From: Fibrobacteria bacterium
GTDB lineage: Bacteria; Fibrobacterota; Fibrobacteria; UBA11236
Direction of reading: 5' to 3'
NCBI GenBank assembly: GCA_043732185.1
Contig: JAYTHY010000074.1
Span: forward strand, 104,114 to 168,113
DNA: 64,000 nt
The position numbers and the translations under genes were made by a program. Within the stretch, counting starts at the first letter, position 1; each line of letters begins with the position of its first letter. Positions 20,198-29,095 of the stretch are shown piece after piece. Below the pieces are notes generated by a model. That model was not told the DNA's origin. It saw only the letters and a list, made by a program, of their open reading frames with translations, and searched no databases.

Positions 20198-21493
20198 CTA
20201 CGCTTCCTTTCCCGTCACATCAGACAGCCATATCCACTCACCCGAACCCAATTGCATCAGAAGTAGCGCAGCCAATTTCGATCTTTCCACCAAACTGCCC
20301 AGCACCAGAAATTCTTGTGGGCTGTGGATGTTACCGCCCACGGCCCCCAGGGTGTCCACATTCGGCAAACCTGCGGCCGCTAATTTATTGCCATCAGAAA
20401 CGCCACCACTAGACTCCCAATTCAGATCCATTCCCAATTGCAATCCGCATTCCCGTACCTTTTTCAGCAGGGCCAGATACTCTTGTCCAAGCGGTTTAGG
20501 CGGTGACGCAAACCCGCCGGTTATCTCCAAGCTAATGCCATCGCGAAGGTCGAACTCTTCCTTGAGTGCTACCAAAAATATTTCCACCGACGTTTGATCC
20601 GCCGGATCCTGCACTCGAACATTGAATCGTCCAATCGCAAGATCGGGAACGCGATTGAGTGGGCCTCCCCCTTCCACCCTGCCGACATTCACCAAGATCC
20701 CTGGATGTGATTTTCCGAATGCTTCCAGCTCCACAATCAGGTGGGCCAAGACATGGATGGCGTTCCGCCCCAGATGCGGATCTCGTCCGGCATGAGCGGC
20801 CTTGCCGTGAACGACGGCGGTGAAATTGCCCGATCCCTTGCGGGCCCCAACGAGATTGCCGTTGGGAAGACTAGGTTCGAACAGCAGTCCGAAATGATTG
20901 CGCCTCGCAGCCTCGATAAATAATGACGCAGACCCAGGGGAGCCGAGTTCTTCATCAGGGTTGATGAGAACTTCCCAGCCTACACCGGCTGAAAAAGGAC
21001 TGGATTCGAATGTTTCCAGCGCCTTGAGGAGAATGACGAGACCCCCTTTGGCATCGGCGGCCCCGGATGCATGCATGATGCCATTCTCTATACGTATCTC
21101 AGGAGGTACTCTAGGCGCCGCTCCTTCGAGCTTTTCCCCCGCACCCGGCTTTACAGCCCCGCCCGACTTTTCTGCCCCCCCGTAGACTACATCCATATGA
21201 ATGCCGAGAAATACCTGCATTGGCGCATCGGGTCGTTTACGAAACCGCAGCGCTCTGCCTAGCGGTCGATTTCGGATCAGGCCTTCCGAGTCTACATCCA
21301 GTTGGGGGGGCAAATTCAGCTCTTCCAAGGTTGCACCCAGACTCAAAAACGCACCCTTGACCTTTTCCGCCATGGACGTGAGTCCAGCAAGATCATGACT
21401 GCCCGATGACACACGCACCCAATCCGCTACCATGTCGGCCATAGCGCCAGATTGGGCCGTTAATCTTTCTAGATATGCGGCATAACGTTGCAT
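20198..21493 (-). CDS. M20-family metallohydrolase (probable succinylglutamate desuccinylase substitute)
   Basis: HMDVV, DAKGG, NPDEELGS, GKAAHAGR, GGVSDGN, GGNIHSPQE; first gene of the AST operon. Confidence 0.85.
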   Translation of the reverse strand: MQRYAAYLERLTAQSGAMADMVADWVRVSSGSHDLAGLTSMAEKVKGAFLSLGATLEELNLPPQLDVDSEGLIRNRPLGRALRFRKRPDAPMQVFLGIHMDVVYGGAEKSGGAVKPGAGEKLEGAAPRVPPEIRIENGIMHASGAADAKGGLVILLKALETFESSPFSAGVGWEVLINPDEELGSPGSASLFIEAARRNHFGLLFEPSLPNGNLVGARKGSGNFTAVVHGKAAHAGRDPHLGRNAIHVLAHLIVELEAFGKSHPGILVNVGRVEGGGPLNRVPDLAIGRFNVRVQDPADQTSVEIFLVALKEEFDLRDGISLEITGGFASPPKPLGQEYLALLKKVRECGLQLGMDLNWESSGGVSDGNKLAAAGLPNVDTLGAVGGNIHSPQEFLVLGSLVERSKLAALLLMQLGSGEWIWLSDVTGKEA

Positions 21494-21784
21494 TGACTTT
21501 TTTCCGGAAAACCCGGCCTCACCCTGAAACTATAGTTCCAAAAATACCCAAGAAAGTCAAGAAATGGTCGGTTGGAGCAGGGTTATTAGTCCAAAAATGG
21601 GAAGGGCCCGGCAAAATGCCGAGCCTCCCGAAAGGGTTTTAGTTTTATTGGGCAGGTACCGCATGAATATACCCGCTCCAGCGCAGGTCCCTCACCTGCT
21701 CACAAAAGCCAGTTTAGAGGGTGGCGGAATGAATCGCCAAGAAAAATTTACTTTTGTTGTCGAGCAAATCATCCGTAAACAAGG

Positions 21785-22270
21785 TTGGTCCCCATTTTCA
21801 CCCATCTCGACAAAGAAAACCAGCCTGCAATGGTGGATGTTGGAGGGAAAGCCCATACGAGACGCGAAGCCGTCGCCCAAGCTTTAGTCAAACTACCGGA
21901 AGAGATTTCCAGCCTATTCCGGGATGGAGACATTCACGCTAAAAAAGGCCCTGTTTTTCAAACTGCCATCATCGCCGGAATCATGGCTTGCAAAAAAACG
22001 TCCGAACTGATCCCGCTTTGCCATCCCCTACCTTTGGATGATTGCAAAATCCGCATCCACCTGAATGAGGATCAAGACGCAGTCATCACATGCCGGGTTC
22101 TCTGCCATCACAAAACCGGGGTGGAAATGGAAGCGTTGACCGGCGCCAGCATCGCTGCACTAACCTTGTACGATATGTGCAAGGCCATCTCCCACAAAAT
22201 GATCATCGGCGATATCCGCCTGCTGGAAAAAACCGGTGGCAAATCCGATTTCCGAGATCCGGCGGACTGA
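21785..22270 (+). CDS. moaC: Cyclic pyranopterin monophosphate synthase
   Basis: FTHLD...MVDV, KGPVF..A.IAGIMA, LIPLCHP, TGVEMEALT, LYDMCKA, KTGGKS. Confidence 0.96.
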   Translation: MVPIFTHLDKENQPAMVDVGGKAHTRREAVAQALVKLPEEISSLFRDGDIHAKKGPVFQTAIIAGIMACKKTSELIPLCHPLPLDDCKIRIHLNEDQDAVITCRVLCHHKTGVEMEALTGASIAALTLYDMCKAISHKMIIGDIRLLEKTGGKSDFRDPAD

Positions 22271-22859
22271 CCCAGTGGAATTGTTCGGTCTAGTCCTGGT
22301 CGGCGGCCGCAGCGCCCGCATGCGCGCGGACAAAGCATCGCTAATCTACCACGGCGTTCCCCAAGCCGAATACTGTTTAAAATTACTTGCCCCGCATTGC
22401 ACGCAAGCTTTCCTTTCCTGTCGGCAAGATCAATCCGATCAAGTTGGCTTCCAAGGTTTTCCGCAAATCCACGACACCTTTTTAAACATGGGGCCGATGA
22501 GCGGCATTCTCTCTGCCCTGCGTGCCCATCCCGGACATGCGTTCTTGGTAGTGGCCTGCGACCTCCCTTTTCTCGACGCCCCAACGCTTAACGCCCTCGT
22601 TCTCGCCCGCAATCCAGACCAACTGGCTACCGCCTTCACAGGGTCGCAAAATGGACTGCCCGAGCCTCTCTGCGCCATCTATGAACCCGCAAGTTACCCT
22701 CGCATGTTGGATTTTTTGGGCAGAGGCATTACCTGCCCACGCAAAGTCCTTCTGAATTCCCCAGCCCATTTGCTCGCCCCACCGGACATCCGCGCTCTTA
22801 TTAACGCCAATGATCCAGTCGCCTATCTGGACGCAAAGAACACCCTGACTTCGACTTAG
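22236..22859 (+). CDS. mobA: Molybdenum cofactor guanylyltransferase
   Basis: GLVLVGGRSARM..DKA, GPMSGI, VVACDLPF, EPLCAIY, NAN; start uncertain. Confidence 0.9.
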   Translation: MANPISEIRRTDPVELFGLVLVGGRSARMRADKASLIYHGVPQAEYCLKLLAPHCTQAFLSCRQDQSDQVGFQGFPQIHDTFLNMGPMSGILSALRAHPGHAFLVVACDLPFLDAPTLNALVLARNPDQLATAFTGSQNGLPEPLCAIYEPASYPRMLDFLGRGITCPRKVLLNSPAHLLAPPDIRALINANDPVAYLDAKNTLTST

Positions 22860-22910
22860 TTCCACAAACAGCATGATAGACTAGCAAACTCTACTCCCAG
22901 CATTCCATAA

Positions 22911-23651
22911 TTGAGATCCATGCCCATCATTCTACTAGCCTGCATTGCTCTTCTTTCCCTATGCTTCTCCCCTCCCATTCAAGCTGGAGATCTTCTAGGA
23001 GAGGATTTCGAGGAAGCTGAAAACCACACCTACGCCGCTCTCCCCAAATTGCGGCTCTCAGCGGAATATGGTTTCAGCAAATGGCTCATGAGTCCAGACT
23101 CGATCACAAGTAGCTACGAAAATTACCTGTCACGACTGGAAATTGGCACCACCTCCAATGCCGAACTCGCCTACTTCTTCTGGCCCAAAGGCGGTGTAGG
23201 AGTCAGCTGGATTTGGTTTCTATCGAGAGCCAAAGCCACTGACATACAGAAATGGCCGTCCAGTTCAGCAACCCACAACCTCGATGAAAGAGTTTCCGTA
23301 ACCTATATCGGACCGGATTTTCTCACCAGGCATCAACTGAGCGACAAAGCCATGCTCATCGGTGGCCTGGGCGTAGGCTACTTATTCTTCCATGAATCCG
23401 GAGTCGACAATTCCAAAACGTTCAGTGTCACTGCCGAAAACTTCGCCATCCAAGCCCACGTCGGCGCCGACTATGCGCTTTTTCACAACCTGGCTCTAGG
23501 CCTGGAAGGACGCTTCTTCTTTTCCAACATCCGAGAGTACAACTACAACGGTATCAAATACAAAATCAAGGATCCAAACAACCAATTTATCTGGTACAAC
23601 GTCCCCTTATACCGCCTAGAACTAAGCGCGGGACTTCACTTGCTGCTCTAG
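22911..23651 (+). CDS. Putative outer-membrane beta-barrel protein
   Basis: Signal peptide, alternating hydrophobic strands (GVGVSW, GLGVGY, GADY, LSAGL). Confidence 0.6.
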   Translation: MRSMPIILLACIALLSLCFSPPIQAGDLLGEDFEEAENHTYAALPKLRLSAEYGFSKWLMSPDSITSSYENYLSRLEIGTTSNAELAYFFWPKGGVGVSWIWFLSRAKATDIQKWPSSSATHNLDERVSVTYIGPDFLTRHQLSDKAMLIGGLGVGYLFFHESGVDNSKTFSVTAENFAIQAHVGADYALFHNLALGLEGRFFFSNIREYNYNGIKYKIKDPNNQFIWYNVPLYRLELSAGLHLLL

Positions 23652-23733
23652 ACCACTCATTGACTCCCTGGTCAGCAACTCTGATCATCGGGCCATTTTA
23701 GTATTTTTTCCCGCTACATGGAAAAGAGTACCT

Positions 23734-24237
23734 ATGAAAAATTTTATCCTGTCCTTTTTAATCTTTGCCTTAAACCTTGTGGCTTCCGAGAACGCCAAAT
23801 TTTCAATCGGTCCGACATTCTCAGGCGGGGAAATCCGCAAACAATATGGCAATGATGTGGAAGGGTTAACGAGGATTTATGAATACGGGATCCACGTTTC
23901 ATCCGAGATGAAATATGTAGAATCAAGTATTCAATTTGAACTGGGGCGGTATACCAGAAATCCCGCATATGGTTTAAGTCTCGATTTGAATGGAAAATAC
24001 GGCATCTTCCAAGATTGGGTAAAACTTTATGCCGGTATTGGATATGCCTATAATGGATATGTAGATGACCGTTGGGTAGGTTACAATTCGATAATTGGTG
24101 AGTACTCACACATTTTTTGTCCCTATCTAACCGCCAAAACAGAACTGTTTAAAGTCGTCTGTTTGGGATTCGAGGGGTTATTCAATTCTAAGCTCAATTG
24201 GAAGGAAAGGATAAGCCTAGCCCTTTATCATTTTTAA
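23734..24237 (+). CDS. Hypothetical exported protein, possible small OM beta-barrel
   Basis: Signal peptide, YAGIGY strand, terminal aromatic residue (YHF); visibly more AT-rich than neighbours. Confidence 0.5.
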   Translation: MKNFILSFLIFALNLVASENAKFSIGPTFSGGEIRKQYGNDVEGLTRIYEYGIHVSSEMKYVESSIQFELGRYTRNPAYGLSLDLNGKYGIFQDWVKLYAGIGYAYNGYVDDRWVGYNSIIGEYSHIFCPYLTAKTELFKVVCLGFEGLFNSKLNWKERISLALYHF

Positions 24238-24261
24238 TCGCGGACCCATTCCATCCCTGCA

Positions 24262-24365
24262 GCTCCGCCCCCACTCCGCATCTCCACCCCCACTCCCCAC
24301 TCCCCACTCCACACTCCACACTCCACATCCACATCCACATCCGCATCCGCATCCCATCCCCCACG
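24262..24365. repeat. Degenerate C-rich 6-7-mer microsatellite
   Basis: Successive units CCCACTC, CACACTC x2, CACATC x3, CGCATC x2. Confidence 0.85.
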
Positions 24366-24443
24366 CACGGTTCCCAACCGGCCCGTGGCGCCAGAATCCC
24401 CATCCCCATTCTTTACTCTGTGAACCTCACCTGCCGCAGAGGT

Positions 24444-24663
24444 GGGGCGCCCGGGGTGAACCCTGGGGCCGAATCGTCGCAGGTGCCGGCGCGGACATTC
24501 CCGCGGAAAGCAAGGCCGCCCCTGGGGCAAACCCAATCCACCTGACCCTAGCGGCCTGAATATCGACTCATTGAATCCCACCGCGGGAATGCCCAGCCAA
24601 CCCAGCGAACCCCAAGCCGGCACCGTAGACGCCTGAGGCCCCAGGGTTCACCCCGGGCACCCC
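24444..24663. repeat. ~220-nt fold-back element (REP doublet/REPIN- or MITE-like)
   Basis: 27-nt terminal inverted repeats 24444-24470 / 24637-24663 (26/27), inner inverted pairs 24482-24490 / 24616-24624 and 24493-24506 / 24581-24594. Confidence 0.8.
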
Positions 24664-24673
24664 GCGACCCACG

Positions 24674-25459
24674 TTACATATCCTGCCAGAAACGGAAATC
24701 CGTACTTTCAATATCCTTCGTCGTCGGCATGGGAAAAAACCGGTACTTGTCCTGACTCGTGAACATGAATCCGTGACGGATCATCTTGAAGGAAATTTGA
24801 TCCAGCGGACAGAATAAGGAAATACCCTTAGTGGTTTTTTCGGGTTTGATTTTCATCTGCAAAATGGCATCGCGCAGTTTGGAAGGATGCAGAAACGGAA
24901 ACGGCGCCTGCATAAAAGGATTCCGCTCGAAGTTGGCAATGAACTCGTCCACATTCAAATCGATTTGGGTGTAGAACAATTTGGGACAGCCTTTGGCGTT
25001 TCCTGGCGTGGTGATGAATTTACCAAACTCGACCATATCATAAGGGCTGATGACGAGCATGGATAGGGGCGCGATTTCGGCAAAGGTGCGCAAGAAGCCG
25101 ACTTGATGCACCTTATCGTATTCCTGGGGCTTGAGCTCCAAGATGTGCGCTTCCGAAGTCGAAAGGTAAAGGTGATTGATGCAATCGAAATCCATATGCT
25201 CCATTACGCGGTACGAGCAAATGAATTTGGTATGCTTGGGCCGTCCGTCGGCATGCGGTACGAGATCGGCCAAACCTGCATCGATATTGAAGTAGGGATG
25301 TCGGAAATTGATGTCGATATCGGCGAATACCAGCTTGCCCGAATAATGTCGGATGGATCCAATAAGATAGTGCCGGGCAAACGCCTCCGGAGCCAACTGC
25401 GAGGCGACTAAAGCTTGATTGGGATACAGGATTTGATAGAGTCGGTTTTCGTATTGCAT
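24674..25459 (-). CDS. Conserved hypothetical cytoplasmic protein
   Basis: 261-aa ORF, 2 nt downstream of hppA stop; no motif recognised with confidence. Confidence 0.75.
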   Translation of the reverse strand: MQYENRLYQILYPNQALVASQLAPEAFARHYLIGSIRHYSGKLVFADIDINFRHPYFNIDAGLADLVPHADGRPKHTKFICSYRVMEHMDFDCINHLYLSTSEAHILELKPQEYDKVHQVGFLRTFAEIAPLSMLVISPYDMVEFGKFITTPGNAKGCPKLFYTQIDLNVDEFIANFERNPFMQAPFPFLHPSKLRDAILQMKIKPEKTTKGISLFCPLDQISFKMIRHGFMFTSQDKYRFFPMPTTKDIESTDFRFWQDM

Positions 25460-25461
25460 GT

Positions 25462-27537
25462 TCAGAGACCCCAGAAGAGTTTGAGCATGGGAGCAATGAC
25501 CACCGACATGACGCCCATCAGTTTAATCAAAATATTCAAAGAAGGCCCGGCCGTGTCCTTGAACGGATCGCCGACCGTATCCCCCACTACCGCGGCCTTG
25601 TGGGCATCCGAGCCCTTACCCCCGCTGACACCGCTTTCGATGGTCTTCTTAGCGTTGTCCCAGGCACCGCCGGTATTGCTCATGAATATAGCTAATGCCA
25701 CTCCCGATGCCGTGACACCGGTCAGGAACCCCATCAGCATTTCTATGCCCCCCAAAAACCCAACGGCAACGGGCGATAGAATCGCCAAAAGCCCTGGCAG
25801 CACCATTTCCTTAAGGGCCGCAGTGGTACTAATATCGATGCACTTGGCATAGTCCGGTTCCGCTTTGTCTTGGAGCAGGCCGGGAATGGTACGGAACTGC
25901 CGTCGCACTTCTTCGACCATGGCCATGGCCGCGCGCCCTACCGCCATCATGCACATAGAGGAGAAAAGGTAGGGAATCATGCCACCGAGCAAAAGCCCCA
26001 CCAGCACTTTTGGATTTGTGATCTCGATAACATCTATTCCAACTTCGGTTTTAAAGGCCGAGAAAAGCACAATGGACGTCAGTGCTGCCGAACCAATCGC
26101 GAACCCTTTGCCGATTGCAGCCGTGGTATTTCCCACCGCATCGAGCTTATCGGTAGTGGCACGCACCGAGGGCGGCATTTCCGACATTTCCGCCAGACCA
26201 CCGGCATTATCTGCCACTGGGCCAAATGCGTCTACGGCTAGCTGGATGCCCAAAGTCAATTGCAATCCCACGGTGGCGATGGCTACGCCGAACAGACCAG
26301 CGAGATTGTAACTGAGCAGAATCGCCGCGCCCATGACCACGACTGGAAGGGCCGTGGATACCATGCCTACACCCATGCCAGTAATGATGGTGGTGGCCGG
26401 GCCCGTGTCGCACGCTTTGACAATGGCGTTGACGGGCACTTTATTGGTTGCGGTAAAGTATTCGGTAAGCATGCCGATCAGCGTACCCGCACCGATTCCA
26501 ACCACTGTGCAAAGGAAGAGTTGGAGGGCACCAGAGCCGCCATTAAAGGTTTGGCCTCCAAGGCAACCATAAAAAATCGGATAGCTGAAAAGGGCGGCGA
26601 GGATGGATGCTATATGCGAACCTTTATTCAAAGCGCCTTGCGGCGATCCGCCTTCCTTAACCCTTACGAATTGGATTCCGATGGCCGAGGCGACTGCGCC
26701 GGCCGCAGCCAAAACCAGCGGCAGCAAAGCAAGTCGGATTTTAAGAATGTCACTGGCTTCCGCAGCCAAGCCAAGAATCATACAGCCCAGCACGGAGGCA
26801 ACAAAGGATTCGTAGAGATCGGCGCCCATGCCCGCAACGTCACCGACGTTGTCGCCCACATTATCGGCGATGGTGGCGGGATTACGAGGATCATCTTCCG
26901 GAATTCCAGCTTCCACTTTACCGACTAGATCCGCGCCCACATCGGCCGCTTTGGTATAGATGCCGCCGCCCACGCGGGCAAAGAGCGCAATACACGAAGC
27001 GCCTAAGGCAAAGCCGGATAGAATTGGAAGAATTTGATGCTGAAAGTTTACCGGGTCCCGGCCAAAGCAAAGAATTGTGACGATCATGATCACGGTGATG
27101 CCGCCCAAAGCCAAACCGACAACACTCATCCCCATGACAGACCCGGCCGCAAAAGAAACGCAGAGAGCTTCATTTAAGGATTTACTGGCAGCGGTCGTTG
27201 TGCGCATATTGGCCTGAGTGGCGATGCGCATACCAAAGAATCCGGAAGAAGCCGAGCAAATGGCCCCAATACCGAAGGTGACGGCTTCCCACCGCAAAAT
27301 CCCTTTATTGCCCAATAGAAGCAAAGTGGCGGCCACAAGGACAAAGGGCACCAAAACTTTGTATTCCCGGAAAAGAAAGGCCATGGCCCCTTCCGCCACG
27401 TAACCGCCAATCTTCCTTAGCTTATCGCTACCAATCTCCTGCTTCATGATCCATTTCGACTTGAAAAATGCGAAAACAATGGCGAAAATGCTTCCTAGCA
27501 ACCCTATGGCTAAGGGCAATTGTATGTCGAGATCCAT
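25462..27537 (-). CDS. hppA: Membrane-bound cation-translocating pyrophosphatase, K+-dependent type
   Basis: [44 protein letters not shown] (Ala = K+-dependent signature), [11 protein letters not shown]. Confidence 0.96.
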   Translation of the reverse strand: MDLDIQLPLAIGLLGSIFAIVFAFFKSKWIMKQEIGSDKLRKIGGYVAEGAMAFLFREYKVLVPFVLVAATLLLLGNKGILRWEAVTFGIGAICSASSGFFGMRIATQANMRTTTAASKSLNEALCVSFAAGSVMGMSVVGLALGGITVIMIVTILCFGRDPVNFQHQILPILSGFALGASCIALFARVGGGIYTKAADVGADLVGKVEAGIPEDDPRNPATIADNVGDNVGDVAGMGADLYESFVASVLGCMILGLAAEASDILKIRLALLPLVLAAAGAVASAIGIQFVRVKEGGSPQGALNKGSHIASILAALFSYPIFYGCLGGQTFNGGSGALQLFLCTVVGIGAGTLIGMLTEYFTATNKVPVNAIVKACDTGPATTIITGMGVGMVSTALPVVVMGAAILLSYNLAGLFGVAIATVGLQLTLGIQLAVDAFGPVADNAGGLAEMSEMPPSVRATTDKLDAVGNTTAAIGKGFAIGSAALTSIVLFSAFKTEVGIDVIEITNPKVLVGLLLGGMIPYLFSSMCMMAVGRAAMAMVEEVRRQFRTIPGLLQDKAEPDYAKCIDISTTAALKEMVLPGLLAILSPVAVGFLGGIEMLMGFLTGVTASGVALAIFMSNTGGAWDNAKKTIESGVSGGKGSDAHKAAVVGDTVGDPFKDTAGPSLNILIKLMGVMSVVIAPMLKLFWGL

Positions 27538-27756
27538 TATGCCTTTCCGGTAAAAAACCTTTTGAGCAGTAAATATAGCCGCGCCTGGGGCGCTACTTTA
27601 GATTTTTTATGATCTTAGTTTTTTTCTGCATTTCCAAACAAGGTCCTTTTGATTTATCTCATCGGATTCGCCAACATTGCATGCTCAATATGGGATAGGG
27701 TGCAAGGATTTTTGGAAAAATTGGCTTTTTAAGGTTGACAATGAGGTTATACTAAG

Positions 27757-28305
27757 ATGCTTATGCGATTTAGGGCGAAATGGGTTGGAATATTGTTTTT
27801 GGAATGGGTGCAATGTGCATCTGCAGCAACCCTGCCCAATGCAAATCCTGCACAATTGACGGACGTGCCCCGGGCTCAGTATGAATTTAGTCCGGCAGCG
27901 GGCCTAATGGGTGGGAGTGCGCTAATCGGAATGCGGATTTCCATGAATTATCATCCCGTTAATCTTGAACTAGCCACCGATCAGGTCATGGGTCGCACTG
28001 CAACCTTGTATCCCGTGACCTTGAACGCGGTTTTAGACTTGGCCGACTCTAAGAAAACCGTGCCCTATGGCATTATCGGCGGTGGCCTTTTCCTAACTGT
28101 ACCGATTAATTCCGTTGGCGACCAGACCGTATCTTCTATTGGGGTCAATTTTGGAGGAGGCATTCGGTATTACATCAACTCGAGAATTGGCATACGCTTC
28201 GAAACCAAACAGTTGTTCACGCGTATCGACAATCGGGCCGACCATCGGCAGGAACTCTTGATTTTTCAATCCTCCAGCCTGGGAGTTTTATTTGCTTTCG
28301 GTTAA
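27757..28305 (+). CDS. Outer-membrane beta-barrel protein (OmpA-like barrel)
   Basis: Signal peptide; VPYGIIGGG, NFGGGIRYYI..RIGIRFE, terminal LGVLFAFG. Confidence 0.75.
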   Translation: MLMRFRAKWVGILFLEWVQCASAATLPNANPAQLTDVPRAQYEFSPAAGLMGGSALIGMRISMNYHPVNLELATDQVMGRTATLYPVTLNAVLDLADSKKTVPYGIIGGGLFLTVPINSVGDQTVSSIGVNFGGGIRYYINSRIGIRFETKQLFTRIDNRADHRQELLIFQSSSLGVLFAFG

Positions 28306-29077
28306 TACCAAACCCAGAGTCCATTCAAAAGGCTGGCTGCGACCGTTTTTGGTTTGTGCTTGTCTTTTCGCCCTTTGCATCCTTACCGGTCACGCTGGAA
28401 CCCGAAAAACAGCCCCAACCAAGGCGCCTGCCGAACACCAACTGGGCCGCGCTGCAGCGGAAACCGTCTATGTGCCGGTTAAAGCACCTGCCCCGCTTTA
28501 TCCCAGCGCCAATTCGGAATCATCAAAGGACGAGAACCGCCCAATACGCACTTCGATGTCTCAAGGCCCAGCGCGTGATTTTGACCAATCCTATGGCCTA
28601 TTCGCGGGGTTTTACAATGCGGAAGTTCTTGGCAGCAATCCTTACGCAAACCTATACTGGGACGTGTTCCCAAAAGACCAAGCCTTTTTCTTTGAATTCA
28701 CTTCGGGCGTTGGAACTGTGCAATCTTCATTTTCGAAAAGCGTGGTCGGAGGTGGCGTGTTCCCCCATAGCTTTATGATTACAGCAGAAGCCCTGGGTGG
28801 GTACACGTACTCGGGCCTGGCGCATGGCACAGGCATAGCCGGGGGACTTTATCCCTATTTTACAGGCGGAATTACAGCGATCTACCAAGGAGGAGTGCCT
28901 AATATAGGGGGAGTCCTGGGATTTGGAAATCGTATGAATATTCCGTACGGACCCAAAAATGGCAGATGGGCATTGAACTATGGCGTGCGTGACCATATCT
29001 ATTCCCAAAAAATCCGGAGTCAACCGTCCATGACCCAGAACTTTGTCGTATTGCTCGGAGTGCAGAAATACTATTAA
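28292..29077 (+). CDS. Putative outer-membrane beta-barrel protein with Pro/Ala-rich linker
   Basis: Signal peptide, LYPYFTGG, LNYGVRDHIY, terminal GVQKYY; start uncertain. Confidence 0.6.
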   Translation: MLSVNTKPRVHSKGWLRPFLVCACLFALCILTGHAGTRKTAPTKAPAEHQLGRAAAETVYVPVKAPAPLYPSANSESSKDENRPIRTSMSQGPARDFDQSYGLFAGFYNAEVLGSNPYANLYWDVFPKDQAFFFEFTSGVGTVQSSFSKSVVGGGVFPHSFMITAEALGGYTYSGLAHGTGIAGGLYPYFTGGITAIYQGGVPNIGGVLGFGNRMNIPYGPKNGRWALNYGVRDHIYSQKIRSQPSMTQNFVVLLGVQKYY

Positions 29078-29095
29078 AAGTTCACGAGGTACCCT

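Noticed and set aside
21564..21887. 107-aa ORF upstream of and overlapping moaC
   Set aside because: No recognisable motif; overlaps moaC out of frame within a divergent promoter region.
24198..24623. ORFs of 71-129 aa across the repeat region
   Set aside because: Translations of the microsatellite and GC-rich fold-back (HIHI, MWMW, DVDV); no RBS or domain.
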